Positions 61,301-64,000 of a stretch of 64,000 nucleotides of DNA are shown in pieces. Under the pieces are notes generated by a model. The model was not told where the DNA came from. It did no database searches and saw only the letters and a program-made list of their open reading frames with translations. Positions within the stretch are counted from its first letter, which is position 1, and each line of letters begins with the position of its first letter. Source of the stretch: Dimorphilus gyrociliatus (taxonomy: Eukaryota > Animalia > Annelida); NCBI GenBank assembly GCA_904063045.1, contig CAJFCJ010000006.1, positions 3,736,408 through 3,800,407 on the forward strand, written 5' to 3'. A program made the position numbers and the translations under genes.

Positions 61301-63880
61301 TTACCACTCTGATTTTTCAAGCTCAAGAGAAATACTAAAAGAGTGTAAAAGAAATAATTCAACTAACGACAACATTAATTAGTCAATATAATATCAAAAA
61401 GTGAAAAAAAAATGCAAAGAGCACCTATTAATTTTCATATATAGCAATATTATAAGTACATTGATTAGCTCTACAAAGCTTACTTCTTTCTCTTGGATGA
61501 CCCTAAAGTCTTTCTTTTATTGAAATCTTCCATTTCGGCTTTCAAACGATCTCTATCCTCTTCAAGCTTTCTTTTCTCTTCCGAATGTTGTTTTTTCAAT
61601 TCCTCGTATCTATCGTGCAACTAAAAAAGAAAAAGGGAGATAATTTTGCTATATTAAAGCTTTTGTGTAAGAAAATAGCAACTATACCTCTTTTTCTTTC
61701 TCCTTCAGTTCAGACTCCTTTACTTTAACTCTTCTGATAAAATTTTCTCTAACATTCTCTTCAGCTCTTTCCATATTTTGCTTATGTTCCCTTTTCTTTT
61801 CTTGATATGCTTCTTGTAACGACTTTTTATCGTCATCAACCAATCCCATTTCGCTTAATTTGGTCTTTCTATATAATTCATAGTGAACACTATGAGTGGT
61901 TTCTCTTAAATCCTCCATATTCGTTCTTATGAACATTTCCCGAAGTTTGACAAAATCGCAGTGTTGCTCATTTTCAACTATTTTTAATGAATATTCATAA
62001 ATATTCATATTAATAAAGGGCTTAAACAGACTTTCAACTAACCTTGAACTATTCCCCAAGGATATTGTCTAGCTCTGATAGTTTTACCACCTTGCTTAAT
62101 CTCTTCCGTGCTACCGACAACCGCAAAAGGCATATCCTCCTAAAGTAGGTGATAAAAAAGAAACGTATTATTATAGAATAACAATGATTACTTGTAATAA
62201 ATAGTTACATTGAATTTCTGATTAGCTTTGGCAACGATTGGGTCGTCAGTTGGACACTGATATATATGAACTTTATGCTCTTTAAGTTTTTGAATGATAT
62301 TTGTCTTAAATTGCAGTAATTCCGGCTTAGTAATGGAATCGGCCTTGGCAATTATTGGAATTATATTGACTCTCTTTTCAAGAGCTTTCATAGTGGCAAT
62401 GTCCAATTCCTTTAGTCTATAAAATGTAAATAAAAGGATAATAGTCAAGAAAACAGTTTATTAACTAAATTTACAAGGAGAGACACTTACGTTAAGCCGG
62501 TTGGAGGAATGAAATATAAGCAAACATGAACCCTGGTATCGTGATAGGCGTGTAAAGCTCGTCTAACTTTTAACTCTTCTTGTAGATAGGATTCGAACTG
62601 ATCTTCAATATATTTGACAATAGGTTTGTAACTGTTGAATAATTCCACTTATAAATTAGCATAAATCGATGATAAATGAAATATTCTACCTTTCTGATTT
62701 GTCTATTTGGTCTGAGAAATTAACAGTATCAATAATAGTTAACTTTAAACGAACTTGCTTCTCTTGCATATCTATAAAAATACATAGTTGAAATATTATA
62801 GTTAATACATATTGACATAGTTTAACATCTTTACCATGTCTATGCTCTTTTAGAGTAACTTCATTGTCATTGTGGGCAGCTGGTTTTGTATCAAAGTTCT
62901 TCCTGAACAAAGTATCCATTAAAGTAGATTTTCCAATACCAGTTTCGCCTGTATTGTGAAGAATAGAATATAGTAAAAGATATCTAATTACTCTACTATT
63001 ACTGTCGGCAAAATATGCGAAAAATATACGAGATCGATAAGCTATTATAGATTCGAACCTACACATAGTATATTGAAATAATAGTAATTTGTTGCTTCAC
63101 TCCTCCATACTTGATCAGCTAAAGATTCGTTATCAAATACTATCATTTCATCTCTATTAAAAGATTTATATGCTGTTGGATCCTGTGCAATCATATCCTG
63201 AGTAAAATTTGAAGAATTTTTATTAAAAGCAGTCCTGAGTGATATATTAATATCATGAGAGCCGGCTGTACTATTTGCCGAATCAGAGATATCCATTGAT
63301 TGCATGCAATCTTCGTCAACTGTTAATGTATCTCCTAAACTCCTATGAGTAGAGGCTCTTTCATTAAATTCAACTATTAATGAATTGTCAACAAACGAAT
63401 CAGATTGATCAAACGTAAAACATCTACTTGTTAATTCACTGGTATTGCTAATAAACGATACGGGCTCCTCTCCCCTTGAATCGTTGCGAACCTTTTTGTG
63501 CATATGAACTTTTAAGAGATTCAATCGAGCGCCAGTCAGATGGCGCCTCGATAATAATAAGGTGATTTAATAGGTTATTTTTTTTTTTTGAATGTTTGAA
63601 AAATGATCTATTGCAAATTTCAAAATGGAATTTTGTCTTTTATCCTACAATTGTAAGCCCTACAGATCTTTATATTTTATACAAGATTGACATAACGTTT
63701 ACCTAGGCATAGTATATTAAGTGGAAATCCTCTTTCGACACATTTATTTACCAATTGATCTGGCAAAAGATCAAAACCAACGGGATCTTTGTCGGATATG
63801 ATGTATTCTTTGACACTATTACCATTGACCGCTGATTTGGATTCTTGCTTTCTAGGAGCCTGAGTTGGAGGTGCGGGTGG
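61301..63880 (-). CDS. SEPT6: Septin, SEPT6/8/10/11 group; 5' end of the distal isoform unresolved or outside the window
   Basis: [18 protein letters not shown]|[70 protein letters not shown], and a coiled-coil tail. Two alternative N-terminal exons (63880-63703 and 63503-63059) and two possible stops (61480 and 61301). Confidence 0.92.
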
Positions 63881-64000
63881 CTGTTAAATAAATATTTAAA
63901 AGTAATTTTTTTGTATTTTATAAACTTAAATAAACATGGCCAAATTTTTTTTTACAACTCATTTCGTATCTTTGTTTAATGAAATAGAATGAACACTAAT

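Overview
AT-rich (roughly 30% GC by eye), gene-dense animal genomic DNA using the standard code, with many very short GT-AG introns (about 40-75 nt). This suggests a compacted bilaterian genome; a miniaturised spiralian such as the annelid Dimorphilus is a guess and is not verified. I reconstructed about 20 protein-coding genes by splicing by hand: an EXPERA/EBP-like protein, two divergent class A GPCRs, a small secreted protein, a stand-alone DUF2439 (ZGRF1/Mte1-type) protein, TMEM87 with a deletion-riddled upstream pseudogene copy, a degenerate Patched-family protein, Fe65/APBB, a small EGF-like membrane protein, an orphan, STAG/SA, SRD5A, cyclin A, EXOSC9, ATP8A, DYNLL, GST theta, caveolin, RPA1 and a SEPT6-group septin. 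There is also one tRNA-Lys(CTT). Several genes are invisible in the ORF track. Best leads: (1) a nested single-pass membrane microprotein with an overlapping PSAP/PPxY motif inside a Fe65 intron; (2) a septin with duplicated alternative first exons running into the P-loop and an altered G3 motif; (3) a Patched-like protein lacking both GxxxD/E motifs; (4) a secreted-peptide gene sitting between two orphan GPCRs; (5) the convergent cyclin A-EXOSC9 pair, as I recall it in human; (6) a 21-nt microexon in the ATP8A regulatory tail; (7) recurrent CTCF-like AGATGGCGC motifs. No CRISPR array, rRNA or intact transposon was seen. All homology calls come from remembered motifs, not from database searches.
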